Shown piece by piece: positions 27,949-38,121 of a stretch of DNA of 42,416 bases. How positions within the stretch are numbered: the first letter of the stretch is position 1; the number at the start of each line of letters is the position of its first letter. The notes beneath the pieces are model-generated. The model had not been told where the DNA came from. It searched no databases and was given only the letters and a program-made list of their open reading frames with translations. The translations under genes were made by a program, and so were the position numbers. Origin of the DNA: Deltaproteobacteria bacterium (GTDB lineage Bacteria; Desulfobacterota; UBA8473); the NCBI GenBank assembly GCA_030623035.1, contig JAUXFK010000002.1, positions 1 through 42,416 on the forward strand, written 5' to 3'.

Positions 27949-29691
27949 CTATTTGTCTATTTCATTCAGGTGTTTTCTGGCAAAGCCAATGGTTGGATCC
28001 AGGCTGAGGGCCTTTTCAAACATGGGTATTGCCTTTTTTATCTCCCCTTTTTTTTTAAGATTTACGCCTATATTTGCATAATCGATCGCAGATTTAGGAT
28101 CGATCTGAACGGCCTTCATGAAGCATTCGATCGCCCGATCATGCTCTTTGAGTTTAAAATAGCAGTAACCCATCAGGTTATAGATGTCTTTCCTCTCTGG
28201 TTCTGCTTCTTTCGCTCTTTTAAGTGCGATTATTGCCTCCTGGTATCTCTCCATTTCCTTATAACAGAGACCCAGATGATAATATATGCTACCCAAGTCC
28301 TCCTCTTGAGGTTTAGAGGTCAGGGCTTTTTTAAGATACTCCAGTGCAACCTCGAGGTTCTGCATGCCCAGATGGCAGATTCCCATATAGTAATATATAG
28401 GGCTTTTGTTTGTAAAAAACCTCTCGGCAAGATTCATCATGGTAAGCCCATCATCGTACTCTTCAATATTTATATGACTTAGTCCCATATAGAAGTATAA
28501 ATCACCCAGAGGAAGCTCTTCGGATTGTAGTTTTAAGGCATCGTGAAACCTGTCGATAGCCTCTATATAATCCCTGAGGCCAAATTCGCAGAGCCCTCTA
28601 TAATAAAAGACCATCGCTGAGGGGGGGATATGTCTTTCAGCCTTGTCTAGAGCAGAGCTGGCCTTTGTTATCTCATTCTTACGAAGGTGACACAATGCCT
28701 TGGAAAGTAAAATTGCACCTATATCTTCAAAGTCCTTATTCTGTTCCAACACTCGATTGAAATGTTCCAATGCCCTGTCATAGTCTTTTTGCTTAATCAG
28801 CTCCATACCAAAATGAAAGGAAATGCTGTCTGCATCTTCTTGTCGATCGTTTACTTTCAGGGTGTCTTCCATAAGGGCAAGTGATTCCTCGTAACAGTCC
28901 ATACAGTCGCTTCTTTTGTTTTCATCTGTTTCGAGTGTATTGGATAACTCGTGTAGAATATGTTTGGAATAGAGGTTTGAAACAGAAGGGTTTGGAGACA
29001 TTGCCTTAAAACAACTATAGGTATTGCCCTCTTTTTCGCTCAATACAACAGAGCGACATCCAGGAAGGGGACCCTTGATAGGGGCATTCGCCCATGTCAT
29101 GATATTATCAAATACAGTATGAACCCCCAGGGTATATAAGACCGACCTCAAGTTGTCGCCTCTCATTAGTTCCAGATAGATTCTTTCCTTATCACTTCTT
29201 ACTTTATCCTTAATTATGGAAAAGGGAAAACCTTCTGGGATATAAACACTGGGGATCATCATCCGTTCCCTCAAGAAATTCATACATCTCTCGAAAAGTT
29301 TTAAATCGTTCTTCTCTTCTAAAATAAGAATCGGTAGGATCATGATACGTGATACGCTCTGGTGAAGATATCCTTCCTCGTTAAACGGGTTGATTTTCTT
29401 AAAAAGAGTGTTGTAAATATTTTCAAATAAATCTTCGAGAGGTAATGGATGTACAGGATGGATGTTTATCCTGTAGAAGGGGAAGTCCTTAAGAAAAAAG
29501 GATACCTGCCTTATAATCTCCTTTATTGCATGGAAATCCTTTGATAAATCTTGTGAAAGAAGGTAAATATCTGAGTAAATATCCAGATAAGGGAAAAGGT
29601 CAACGAGGCGTCTTTGAAACTCATTATTGGTGGTTCCCTTTATCTCTTCATCCATAAGGGCATAAATGCTTTTAAAAGAAAAATCCGGCAT
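27949..29691 (-). CDS. TPR-repeat protein with an uncharacterised N-terminal domain carrying a C-x14-C-x35-C-x2-C motif
   Basis: C-terminal ~300 aa are repeated TPR-like units (AIE.F.KAL..P / YY..G.CY). Start is either ATG 29691 (2 nt after the radical SAM stop) or ATG 29739 (46-nt overlap). Confidence 0.75.
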   Translation of the reverse strand: MPDFSFKSIYALMDEEIKGTTNNEFQRRLVDLFPYLDIYSDIYLLSQDLSKDFHAIKEIIRQVSFFLKDFPFYRINIHPVHPLPLEDLFENIYNTLFKKINPFNEEGYLHQSVSRIMILPILILEEKNDLKLFERCMNFLRERMMIPSVYIPEGFPFSIIKDKVRSDKERIYLELMRGDNLRSVLYTLGVHTVFDNIMTWANAPIKGPLPGCRSVVLSEKEGNTYSCFKAMSPNPSVSNLYSKHILHELSNTLETDENKRSDCMDCYEESLALMEDTLKVNDRQEDADSISFHFGMELIKQKDYDRALEHFNRVLEQNKDFEDIGAILLSKALCHLRKNEITKASSALDKAERHIPPSAMVFYYRGLCEFGLRDYIEAIDRFHDALKLQSEELPLGDLYFYMGLSHINIEEYDDGLTMMNLAERFFTNKSPIYYYMGICHLGMQNLEVALEYLKKALTSKPQEEDLGSIYYHLGLCYKEMERYQEAIIALKRAKEAEPERKDIYNLMGYCYFKLKEHDRAIECFMKAVQIDPKSAIDYANIGVNLKKKGEIKKAIPMFEKALSLDPTIGFARKHLNEIDK

Positions 29692-29693
29692 GA

Positions 29694-30980
29694 TCAGGAT
29701 ACCTTTCTCTTTGCACCATCCAGAGATTCCTTCTCCCATATAGTGCTTATCTTCTTGATTTCGCTAAAAGACAGGTGTTTGGTTTCGTACTGCTTCCCGA
29801 TGGAGATATACAAAGGAGCAGTCTTTTCGAGGGGCTGTATTCCGTATTTTTGGTGAGAATCGAAGACCTCTGTACCAAAATACAGTTGCATCTGTTGGGA
29901 ATTAGAATTCCCTCTGATCTTAACATTATTATCCTTTAGAAATTGGAGTGTCTTCATTGCATCAGCAAAGGTCTCGTTGGGGAGGCCATACTGGGTAAAT
30001 AATTCAACATCTATTTCGTATTTTTGTGTTAATCTTATCGCTCTTTGCATGTCATGCAATGAGAGATTTTTATTTAGATAATTAAGGACATTTTCTGAAG
30101 CGGATTCCAACCCATAAGCAATAAGATACACCCCTGCATGCCTCATCTTCTTTAAAAGCTCGTCATTAATAAGATCCACTCTGGTCTCCAGCCAGATCTG
30201 TGCATTTATTTCCCTCTGAATGATCTCTTCCATCAGTCGATCTACTCTCTCGATATTGATAGAAAAACTCGGGTCAGCAAACCAGAACTTCTTTATCCCC
30301 TTTTTATAGACCCATTCGATCTCCTCAATTACCCTTTCAATAGAATGAAACCTTACCTTTCTTTTAAAGGCATTCGGCGTATAACAAAAGATGCATCCAT
30401 AAGGACACCCTCTGGAAGTAAACATTATTGCCTCTTCAAGGTTGGAGAAGTCTATAAGGTCGTCTTGAAAGTAGGGGGAAGGATATCTGTCCAGTTTTTT
30501 AAAAGGAATGATTTCGTCTCCGTCATAAAATAGATGGTCATCGCACCTGCAGGAACTCCCAGGGATCACATTATCCTTCCTTTCATCCCGAATCGCCTCA
30601 GCAATATTTAAGAGTGCAATTTCACCTTCATCTCTACATATAAAATCGATACACCTGATCGATTCAAGGGCTGAAGAAGGCATAAAGGTAGCCTGAGGTC
30701 CTCCGATTGCAATTTTTATCTTCGGATCAACGGACTTTATAAATCTTGCAATGCCTATAACATAAAGGATATTCCTTTGATAGGTAGAGAAACCAACCAA
30801 TCTGGGTTTAAAATCATTGATAATTGAATAGAGCATATGAAGAGAAAAAGGCGTATTTTCTCCAATATTTACAATTTTAACCTGGAACCCTTTCTCCTTT
30901 AGGAAAGCTCCGATATAGGCCAAAGAGATAGGGACTGCTGGTGGAATAAAAGGATTTATTTCGAATAATAGTACATTCAT
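29694..30980 (-). CDS. B12-binding-domain-containing (class B) radical SAM protein
   Basis: N-terminal Rossmann-like PISLAYIGAFLKEKGFQVKIVN...IAIGGPQATF; radical SAM cluster motif SRGCPYGCIFCY (CxxxCxxC). Confidence 0.85.
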   Translation of the reverse strand: MNVLLFEINPFIPPAVPISLAYIGAFLKEKGFQVKIVNIGENTPFSLHMLYSIINDFKPRLVGFSTYQRNILYVIGIARFIKSVDPKIKIAIGGPQATFMPSSALESIRCIDFICRDEGEIALLNIAEAIRDERKDNVIPGSSCRCDDHLFYDGDEIIPFKKLDRYPSPYFQDDLIDFSNLEEAIMFTSRGCPYGCIFCYTPNAFKRKVRFHSIERVIEEIEWVYKKGIKKFWFADPSFSINIERVDRLMEEIIQREINAQIWLETRVDLINDELLKKMRHAGVYLIAYGLESASENVLNYLNKNLSLHDMQRAIRLTQKYEIDVELFTQYGLPNETFADAMKTLQFLKDNNVKIRGNSNSQQMQLYFGTEVFDSHQKYGIQPLEKTAPLYISIGKQYETKHLSFSEIKKISTIWEKESLDGAKRKVS

Positions 30981-31338
30981 AAATCGTCCATAATAGAGAA
31001 AACGAGATCAGTTTTCTTGTTTTTATTTAATATAATACCTTCAGTATGAAAGACTATCTACCAACTTGATGTAAGTAAGTCAATAAAAATAACAGATAGA
31101 TGGATGATAATATATGAATAACGAAATGAATTTTATATAAGAAATTAGGGCATGAAATAATTTCACAATTAATGGAAAACTTTTCATACTCAACGTGCTG
31201 TTGCCTAGATGTTTGAGTCAAAAAGGCGAATTTAAAATCGACTGGAGTGAACCTTTGACTTCTCAATAAACACATTGGAGAGGAAAGGGGTTAAGCTATT
31301 TCACGGTGAAATGTTAATGTGCCTGTTAATGAGTTTCT

Positions 31339-31354
31339 TGGCATAAATTTTGCT
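31339..31354 (+). promoter_or_regulatory. Candidate sigma-54 (-24/-12) promoter
   Basis: TGGCAT-AAATT-TTGCT matches TGGCAC-N5-TTGCW, with GG and GC separated by exactly 10 nt. About 165 nt upstream of, and co-oriented with, the 31518 ORF. Confidence 0.45.
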
Positions 31355-31517
31355 TTATTAAATTAATAAGAAATAAATAAAAACGTTTGAAAAAGGCAAA
31401 CCATTCGAAAGTATGGGACGCAAAGCTTCTGGCCTAAGTCCTTTTAAAGGATATGGCAGCAGAGTTGCCGGCGGATGCAGTACCTCCAAGTGACTGCACT
31501 CGATTCGGGAAGTAAAT

Positions 31518-34082
31518 ATGGGGGGTACTGCGATGATCAATATAAATGTAATATCATATAGGAAAGTCATATTCTTGACGTTCCTATTTTTTTTGTTCAC
31601 ATACCAGAGTTATGCATTAGATATTACCCTTCAGTGGGATGCCAATACTCAGCCGGATCTTGCCGGATATAAGGTTTATTATAAGGTGGATTCTTCTGGT
31701 GAACCTTACAATGGCACGGAAGCTATTGAAGGTGATTCGCCGGTTGTTATGTCACTTGCACAAGATGAAAGTTCAGATCCAGACACAGTGGAGTTTACAC
31801 TACATGGGTTGTCGGATGTTAATACTTACTATTTTACAGTTACAGCAAACGATGACCAGGGTTATGAGAGTAACTACTCCAATGAAGTGAATACAAGCGT
31901 TACGGGGAATATAGCACCGATAGCGGATGCGGGAGTTGATCAGACGGTAAGTGAGGGTGTTTTGGTAACATTGGATGGTAGTAACTCTACGGATTCAGAT
32001 GATGGTATAGCGACATATCTTTGGACTCAGACAGGAGGGATTGCAGTAACACTGTCAGATACCACTGTTGCGCTTCCTACTTTTACCTTAGCAGATGTCG
32101 GACCAGAAGGAGAATCTTTAACCTTTGAACTGACTGTTACGGATAAAGGGGGTCTCAAATCTTCCGATACATGTGTTGTTAATGTGACAGAACTTCCAGA
32201 TAACATCTCCCCTACCATTTTGGATGGTAAGATTATTGACTATCGTACGATCGAAATAACGTACAGTGAAGATAGCATGCAAAACGCTTTGGATGAAGCC
32301 AACTATAGCTTCAGTCCTTCCTTGAACTTCGCTTCTTCAGGTAGCGATATTACAACTACAGACGGAAGTACTTATCGACTTTTAATGGCGTCCATTCCAG
32401 AGTATACGATCATTAAGTTGACTTTGACTAATATAACGGATGCAGTAGGAAACGCGCTGGTCTCTAATTACACAATAATCAATGATGATGACGGCGATGA
32501 TATTGCAGATGACTGGGAGACCCTCTATAAGGTTGATGACCCAGCCGCAGACGCAGATGGTGATGACTTAAATAACATGGAGGAGTACAACTATGGTCTG
32601 AATCCCAATGATTCCGATACAGATGATGATGGTTTACCAGACGGATGGGAGGTTAGTAATGGCCTTGACCCAAGCAATGGTAGCGGAACAGACGGTGGAG
32701 ATGGGGACTTCGATGGCGACGGATGGACAAATTACGAGGAGTATCTCTATTCTTACGATCCCGATAACGCTGAATCACCGGCAGCAATTCCCCCGGAAGT
32801 GGTAGAGACTATCCCACACAATAGTGCGGGAATCACCGACTCAACACGTGTACCGGCAGACACCTCTTTCTGTGTTCGTATAGAAGATGATAACGGAATA
32901 GACATAACAGATACCTCAAGCATTGTATTCACCATAGGAGTAGACAATGAGGGTGTCTATTCAAGAGATTTAAGCGATAGTGACGTGGTCAGGGTTGTCA
33001 AACTTGCCTCAGATGATGATACAGCGATTATGGACTTTTGGGTCGTCTATGACAGATCCAGAGACGTTGGGGGTAAATATTCATTCGGAGCCAGGGTTGA
33101 CGTAATTGTAGACATAAAGGATAATCGGTACAGCATCACGAGTCGTAACTACAGCTTTAAGGTAGAAAGTGAGGAGGAATACGATTATGCCAATGATCCT
33201 GCTAATATACCAGCTACAACGGAATCGGTTGAGGAAGGTCTGGTGACCATAACGATTACTAGCGAAGACGAACTGAACGGATTCCAGATCATCTATGACG
33301 AAAGCGAAACGATAAGACCGCGACTTGGACCGAATGGTGAAATTCCATCGTTGAATGTTCGAGGTTCGTCCTCTGTTGCTTCTCCTTTGAATCTGCAACC
33401 ATCCACGATATTCGATAACCCTGTCATGCTCATCATGCCCTATAATGGCAAAGGAACAGTTCGGAAGCTCAAACTCCATCTATATAGAGGGATCGAGTGG
33501 GTATATGCTTGTAGTTCGTATAATACCGGAGGTGTAATTCAACCGGAGGGTGAAGGGTGGGCTGTTCCTGGGTCATTGGTATGTAATGACAAGGCAGATC
33601 CTCAGACCCTTGAGGTTCAGATTCGGCATTTCTCGGGTTTTCAGACCAGTTATGACGGCAAGATAGAGACCGGATACAGTGACGGAGATATTAACAGTGA
33701 AGGAGGTAGCGATAGTAACACCAGCGGATGCTTTATTGCAACAGCAGCCTTTGGCTCGCCTGTAGAACCCCATGTAGAAATATTGAAGGACTTCAGAGAT
33801 ATTTATCTGCTTACAAATAAACCCGGTCAGAGTTTTGTTCGATCGTACTACAGATATAGTCCCCCTATCGCTGATTTCATTGCAAAACATGAAAGCCTGA
33901 AGATAACGGTAAGGGCTACACTCTATCCTCTGGTGGGGATGAGCTACATGGCATTAAACATGCCTCTTGTAAAGAACGCATCAGTAGTACTCATTTTGCT
34001 GTTACTTTTGAGCCTTACATGGGTATTCATGCGGCGGTTCAAAGGGGCTGGCCTTTCGGTGGATACAGGTGCTGCTACATAG
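31518..34082 (+). CDS. Large secreted multidomain surface protein (FN3-like, PKD-like, Ig-like, thrombospondin-type-3-like Asp-rich Ca-binding repeats) with C-terminal [10 protein letters not shown]...TM tail
   Basis: Signal-peptide-like N-terminus ending [16 protein letters not shown]...[21 protein letters not shown] (FN3-like). [16 protein letters not shown]...[18 protein letters not shown] (PKD-like). [14 protein letters not shown] and [13 protein letters not shown] (TSP3-like). Cys738 [10 protein letters not shown], then a hydrophobic stretch and RRFK. Confidence 0.85.
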   Translation: MGGTAMININVISYRKVIFLTFLFFLFTYQSYALDITLQWDANTQPDLAGYKVYYKVDSSGEPYNGTEAIEGDSPVVMSLAQDESSDPDTVEFTLHGLSDVNTYYFTVTANDDQGYESNYSNEVNTSVTGNIAPIADAGVDQTVSEGVLVTLDGSNSTDSDDGIATYLWTQTGGIAVTLSDTTVALPTFTLADVGPEGESLTFELTVTDKGGLKSSDTCVVNVTELPDNISPTILDGKIIDYRTIEITYSEDSMQNALDEANYSFSPSLNFASSGSDITTTDGSTYRLLMASIPEYTIIKLTLTNITDAVGNALVSNYTIINDDDGDDIADDWETLYKVDDPAADADGDDLNNMEEYNYGLNPNDSDTDDDGLPDGWEVSNGLDPSNGSGTDGGDGDFDGDGWTNYEEYLYSYDPDNAESPAAIPPEVVETIPHNSAGITDSTRVPADTSFCVRIEDDNGIDITDTSSIVFTIGVDNEGVYSRDLSDSDVVRVVKLASDDDTAIMDFWVVYDRSRDVGGKYSFGARVDVIVDIKDNRYSITSRNYSFKVESEEEYDYANDPANIPATTESVEEGLVTITITSEDELNGFQIIYDESETIRPRLGPNGEIPSLNVRGSSSVASPLNLQPSTIFDNPVMLIMPYNGKGTVRKLKLHLYRGIEWVYACSSYNTGGVIQPEGEGWAVPGSLVCNDKADPQTLEVQIRHFSGFQTSYDGKIETGYSDGDINSEGGSDSNTSGCFIATAAFGSPVEPHVEILKDFRDIYLLTNKPGQSFVRSYYRYSPPIADFIAKHESLKITVRATLYPLVGMSYMALNMPLVKNASVVLILLLLLSLTWVFMRRFKGAGLSVDTGAAT

Positions 34083-34224
34083 TGTCCATCCAGAAATGGC
34101 CCTTTTGCCCAATCTCTGTGTCAGGCTCAGATTTTAATCCTCGAAATATGTAATATATTCCTGCGGTTAAAATCTTCGCCTTCCTTGACCTTGAACAAAA
34201 TTGCTCATTTCTGGATGGACACTA
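34080..34224 (-). mobile_element. MITE-like element, copy 2 (inverted relative to copy 1)
   Basis: The reverse complement aligns with 7832..7990 along both arms (TAGTGTCCATCCAGAAATGAG.AATTTTGTTCAAGGTCAAGGAAG.CGAAGATTTTAACCGCAGGAATATATT ... CTGAGCCTGAC.CAGAGATTGGGCAAAA.GGCCATTT.TGGATGGACACTA). The central segment differs. Confidence 0.8.
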
Positions 34225-34332
34225 CCTAGAGGTAGATCAGAATCTGAAGCGAACGATCAACGCAGCAGGGCAGGAAGAAAAGTGACCTGATCAATCGGCT
34301 GGGAAAGAGATGCGTAAAAAACCCATCGAAAG

Positions 34333-34893
34333 TCAGATATGCTCAACTTCTTCAAGGAATTCGTCAAGAGTTATTATTCTGAAAAGCGGGTATATCGGTG
34401 ACTTACGATAGAGCTTAATCGCAGTATCATGGAGTTCCCTCTTAGGTGCAGCGCAACAGTCCTCCAGAATAATAACACGAAAGTCATTGGCCAGACCATC
34501 CCACGCGGTAAGCATCACACACACATGGGTATTCATGCCGCAGACTGCAATCGTATCTGCCCCAAGGGTTCTGAGGGTCATGTCAAGGTCTGTCCTGAAG
34601 AATGCGCTAAACCGCCTCTTCTCCAGAATCATATCCTCTGCTTCTGGTTTCAACTCGTCTATCACCTCGACCCCTTCTGTCCCACGGATAGGTCCGGAAC
34701 GCATCTTGCCTCCAAACATAAAATCCTGAGACAGAAAGCTGTCGCATGCGTATATGATCGGGATATTTGCGCTCCTGCTCTCCCTTAAGAGCTTCTGGAT
34801 GTTCGATATTATCCCCTCACTCTTTGCTTTAACGGTGGGGTTGCTGCCAACCCCACCCTTCAACATGTCGACTACAATTATGGCTGGTTTCAT
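34333..34893 (-). CDS. Isochorismatase-family cysteine hydrolase
   Basis: AIIVVDM (Asp), K in [20 protein letters not shown] (Cys): the family catalytic triad pattern. ATGA overlap with the upstream hbd stop. Confidence 0.8.
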   Translation of the reverse strand: MKPAIIVVDMLKGGVGSNPTVKAKSEGIISNIQKLLRESRSANIPIIYACDSFLSQDFMFGGKMRSGPIRGTEGVEVIDELKPEAEDMILEKRRFSAFFRTDLDMTLRTLGADTIAVCGMNTHVCVMLTAWDGLANDFRVIILEDCCAAPKRELHDTAIKLYRKSPIYPLFRIITLDEFLEEVEHI

Positions 34894-35744
34894 TTACTGT
34901 ATTCGTAAAACCCCCTTCCTGTTTTTCTTCCTAGATATCCGGCTTCCACATACTTTTTTAAAAGAGGACATGGGCGGTACTTTGGATCGCCCAGTTCATT
35001 ATGAAGTACCTCCAGTATGGCCAGGCATGTGTCCAGCCCGATTAAATCGGCCAGTGTGAGAGGGCCCATAGGGTGGTTCATCCCCAGTTTCATCACAGTA
35101 TCTATTGCCTCTGGTTTCCCAACCCCTTCGTAGAGGGCAAAAACAGCTTCATTTATCATGGGAAGCAGAATCCTATTGGCAATAAAACCGGGAAAGTCCT
35201 TTGCCTCAGCCGGAGTTTTACCCATCTTTTCTGCAAGTTTCATCACCGTATCAAAGGTCTCATCAGAGGTGGGTAGCCCCCTGATAACCTCTACTAACTG
35301 CATCATGGGAACAGGGTTCATGAAGTGCATGCCTATAACCCTGTCTGGTCTTTTGGTTGCAGAGCCGATCTTTGTAATGGATATAGATGAAGTGTTACTC
35401 GCCAAAATCACATCAGCTTTACAGACCTCATCGAGTTTCCTAAAGATATCAAGCTTGACAGGAAGATTCTCTGTGGCAGCTTCAACAACAAAGTCAGCTT
35501 TTTCCATATCTTCTAATTTAGTGGTGCCGGAGATTTTTTTCAATATCTCCTCTTTTTTTTCAAGGGTAATCTTTTCCTTTTTGAGCATCCTATCCAGGCT
35601 TTTGGATATAGAGGATATTCCTCCCTTTACAAAATCGTCCTTTATGTCGTTTATTATAACGTCGAACCCGGTAGCAGCCGCAACCTGGGCGATCCCGCTT
35701 CCCATCTGCCCAGCGCCAATAACACCAAAAGTTTTGATCTCCAT
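34890..35744 (-). CDS. hbd: 3-hydroxybutyryl-CoA (3-hydroxyacyl-CoA) dehydrogenase
   Basis: [17 protein letters not shown]-binding motif, SNTSS, GMHFMNP, PGFIANR; AAGGAGGAA RBS. Confidence 0.92.
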   Translation of the reverse strand: MEIKTFGVIGAGQMGSGIAQVAAATGFDVIINDIKDDFVKGGISSISKSLDRMLKKEKITLEKKEEILKKISGTTKLEDMEKADFVVEAATENLPVKLDIFRKLDEVCKADVILASNTSSISITKIGSATKRPDRVIGMHFMNPVPMMQLVEVIRGLPTSDETFDTVMKLAEKMGKTPAEAKDFPGFIANRILLPMINEAVFALYEGVGKPEAIDTVMKLGMNHPMGPLTLADLIGLDTCLAILEVLHNELGDPKYRPCPLLKKYVEAGYLGRKTGRGFYEYSK

Positions 35745-35781
35745 ATAGTTCCTCCTTTTCCCTGATCATCAGGTTTGTTCA

Positions 35782-36966
35782 TCAACTCTCCATATCTACT
35801 ATAACAGCAGCCCCTTGCCCTCCGCCAACGCATAGGGTTGCCAGACCTAAATTAGAGCCTCTTTTCTTCATTTCATATAATAGTGTGATCAGTATCCTTG
35901 CACCACTGGCACCTATGGGGTGGCCCAGGGCAATAGCTCCACCATTAACATTTACATTATTTAAATCCCATCCCATCTCTCTATTCACATACAATGCCTG
36001 GGCCGCAAATGCCTCATTTGCCTCTATTAAGTCCAGGTCTGAAACGGTCAACCCCGCCTTATCCATAGCCTTTTTACTGGCCGGAACAGGGGCTGTGCCC
36101 ATAATGGACGGGTCAACGGCCGCAGTTGCGTAGGATTTTATTTTAGCCATAGGTTCTATGCTTAATTCCTTAGCCTTGTCTTCAGACATTATTAACAGAG
36201 CAGCCGCACCATCGTTGATACCAGAGGCATTGCCTGCGGTGACCGTCCCGCCCTTTTTAAATGCCGGCGGCAGTTTTGCCAATCCCTCTTTTGTGGTTTT
36301 GGATCTGGGATGCTCATCGGTATCGAACATCTTTACCTCCCCTTTTTTCTGGGGTATCTCCACAGGTACAATCTCATCTTTAAACCTTCCTTCTTCTATG
36401 GCCTTGGCAGCCTTGATCTGGCTTCCAAGTGCAAATTCGTCCTGCTCTTCCCTTGTAATACCGAATTTGTCTGCTATATTTTCAGCCGTAATTCCCATAT
36501 GGTAGCCATTGAATATTTCCCACAGACCGTCATGCACCATGAGGTCAACCAACTTATCGTCGTTCATCCTGATCCCCCAACGGGCTTTGTTAATGGCATA
36601 AGGAGCCCTGCTCATATTCTCCATACCACCTGCAATAATTATATCAGCGTCCCCCACCATTATTGACTGGGCTGCCAGGAGTACAGATTTCATCCCTGAT
36701 GCGCATACTTTATTGACAGTGAATGAGGGGACTTCCTGGGGTATCCCCGCGCCTATTGCTGCCTGTCTGGCAGGATTTTGCCCCAGGCCTGACTGTAAAA
36801 CATTCCCAAATATTACTTCGTCTATTTGATCCCTGTTTAACCCGGTCCTTTTTATTACCTCTTCGATGACCTTAACCCCTGTATCTATGACGGAAATGTC
36901 TTTAAGGGAACCGCCAAAAGTGCCTACAGCAGTCCTAACACCACATGCAATTACAACCTCTCTCAT
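35782..36966 (-). CDS. Acetyl-CoA C-acetyltransferase (thiolase II)
   Basis: [11 protein letters not shown] (Cys nucleophile), [28 protein letters not shown]; AGGAGG RBS. Confidence 0.93.
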   Translation of the reverse strand: MREVVIACGVRTAVGTFGGSLKDISVIDTGVKVIEEVIKRTGLNRDQIDEVIFGNVLQSGLGQNPARQAAIGAGIPQEVPSFTVNKVCASGMKSVLLAAQSIMVGDADIIIAGGMENMSRAPYAINKARWGIRMNDDKLVDLMVHDGLWEIFNGYHMGITAENIADKFGITREEQDEFALGSQIKAAKAIEEGRFKDEIVPVEIPQKKGEVKMFDTDEHPRSKTTKEGLAKLPPAFKKGGTVTAGNASGINDGAAALLIMSEDKAKELSIEPMAKIKSYATAAVDPSIMGTAPVPASKKAMDKAGLTVSDLDLIEANEAFAAQALYVNREMGWDLNNVNVNGGAIALGHPIGASGARILITLLYEMKKRGSNLGLATLCVGGGQGAAVIVDMES

Positions 36967-37039
36967 CTTTAACCTCCTGTTCGAACGTATAATTTTTTTT
37001 GGTATATCATTATTTATCCCTGGATCCGTGTCCTTATGT

Positions 37040-37924
37040 TTATTTACCCAAAGGGGTAATTACTTTTAATGCTTTTGGTACAATCTCTAAAGAGAAAGGC
37101 GTCTTGCAGATAAACTCACCGTCCCCATAGAAATCAAGGGGAGTATCTGATTCAACTGATAGGTATCTTGATCTATAGTTCCGGACTTCGGAAATCCCTA
37201 TATGAGTTCCTTTAAAAACCCTGGGGAATATATATAATAACTTTAGTTTATTTATCTTTTTGATTAAACATATATCCAGAACCCCGTCATCTATCTTTGC
37301 ATTTGGGGTAATATACATTCCTCCTCCATATGATCTCGTATTGCCAAAGGCCGCCAGAAGAATCTCTCCGTCAAATACCCCTTTTTCAAAATGTATTCTT
37401 ACCCTTTTATATCTAAAACCAGGGATTTTTAAAAGAGCGCCTATCGTGTATGCAAAACTGCCTTTTAGGAATCGAAGCCTGCTGTTTACCAATCGATTGA
37501 CTTCTGAATCAAAACCGATTCCACCTATACCCAAATAATATCTGTCCTCATTTACCCTTACAATATCTATGCTTTTTTGATGGCCTCTACTGATATTTTC
37601 AATGGCTTTTGAGATATCCTTATCAATACCAAGATTATGGGCTAAATCTCCCCCTTTGCCCATAGGAATAATCCCTAGAGTTATATCCGTACCGATTATA
37701 CCATTTACAACCTCGTTTATTGTACCGTCACCACCACATGCGATGATCCTTTTAAAACCATCCTGTTCCGCTTTCTTTGCAAGTTCCTCTGCATATCTCG
37801 GATATTGACTAAGGAAGAAGCGATAACTTATCCCTTCCTCTTTTAACATCCTTTGAATATCAGGGATATTTTTTTTATACTTTCCACCACATGAAGCTGG
37901 ATTTGTGATTACCATTGTTCTCAT
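37040..37924 (-). CDS. Diacylglycerol kinase catalytic-domain lipid kinase (YegS/BmrU family)
   Basis: [16 protein letters not shown] motif, [12 protein letters not shown]; AGGAGAA RBS. Confidence 0.85.
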   Translation of the reverse strand: MRTMVITNPASCGGKYKKNIPDIQRMLKEEGISYRFFLSQYPRYAEELAKKAEQDGFKRIIACGGDGTINEVVNGIIGTDITLGIIPMGKGGDLAHNLGIDKDISKAIENISRGHQKSIDIVRVNEDRYYLGIGGIGFDSEVNRLVNSRLRFLKGSFAYTIGALLKIPGFRYKRVRIHFEKGVFDGEILLAAFGNTRSYGGGMYITPNAKIDDGVLDICLIKKINKLKLLYIFPRVFKGTHIGISEVRNYRSRYLSVESDTPLDFYGDGEFICKTPFSLEIVPKALKVITPLGK

Positions 37925-38121
37925 GCATTTCTCCTGACCATGGGCAGTCGAGAAATTACTATCAAATTAAATAAGATTTTACAAGGTCTTTTTTTCTTGC
38001 AAAAAATCCGTAATTAAGTTAATTGTTCGAAACACCGCCAGATAAACTTTAATTGTTATAGATTTTAAAGCATTTGATTCTTTACATTGATGCTGAAAGA
38101 AATGTGGCAAGGAGATAGAAG

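Noticed and set aside
31476-31498. 5'-UTR hairpin TGCAGT-ACCTCCAAGTG-ACTGCA with a CCUCC loop, considered as a cis-acting anti-SD for the surface-protein gene
   Set aside because: The gene's own ribosome-binding region is GGGAAG/GGGGGG rather than GGAGG, and the stem is only 6 bp. The pairing argument is weak.
31054-31600. Minus-strand ORFs 31054..31275 and 31358..31600
   Set aside because: They sit in the AT-rich divergent control region. The second overlaps the start of the surface-protein gene antisense. Neither has motifs.
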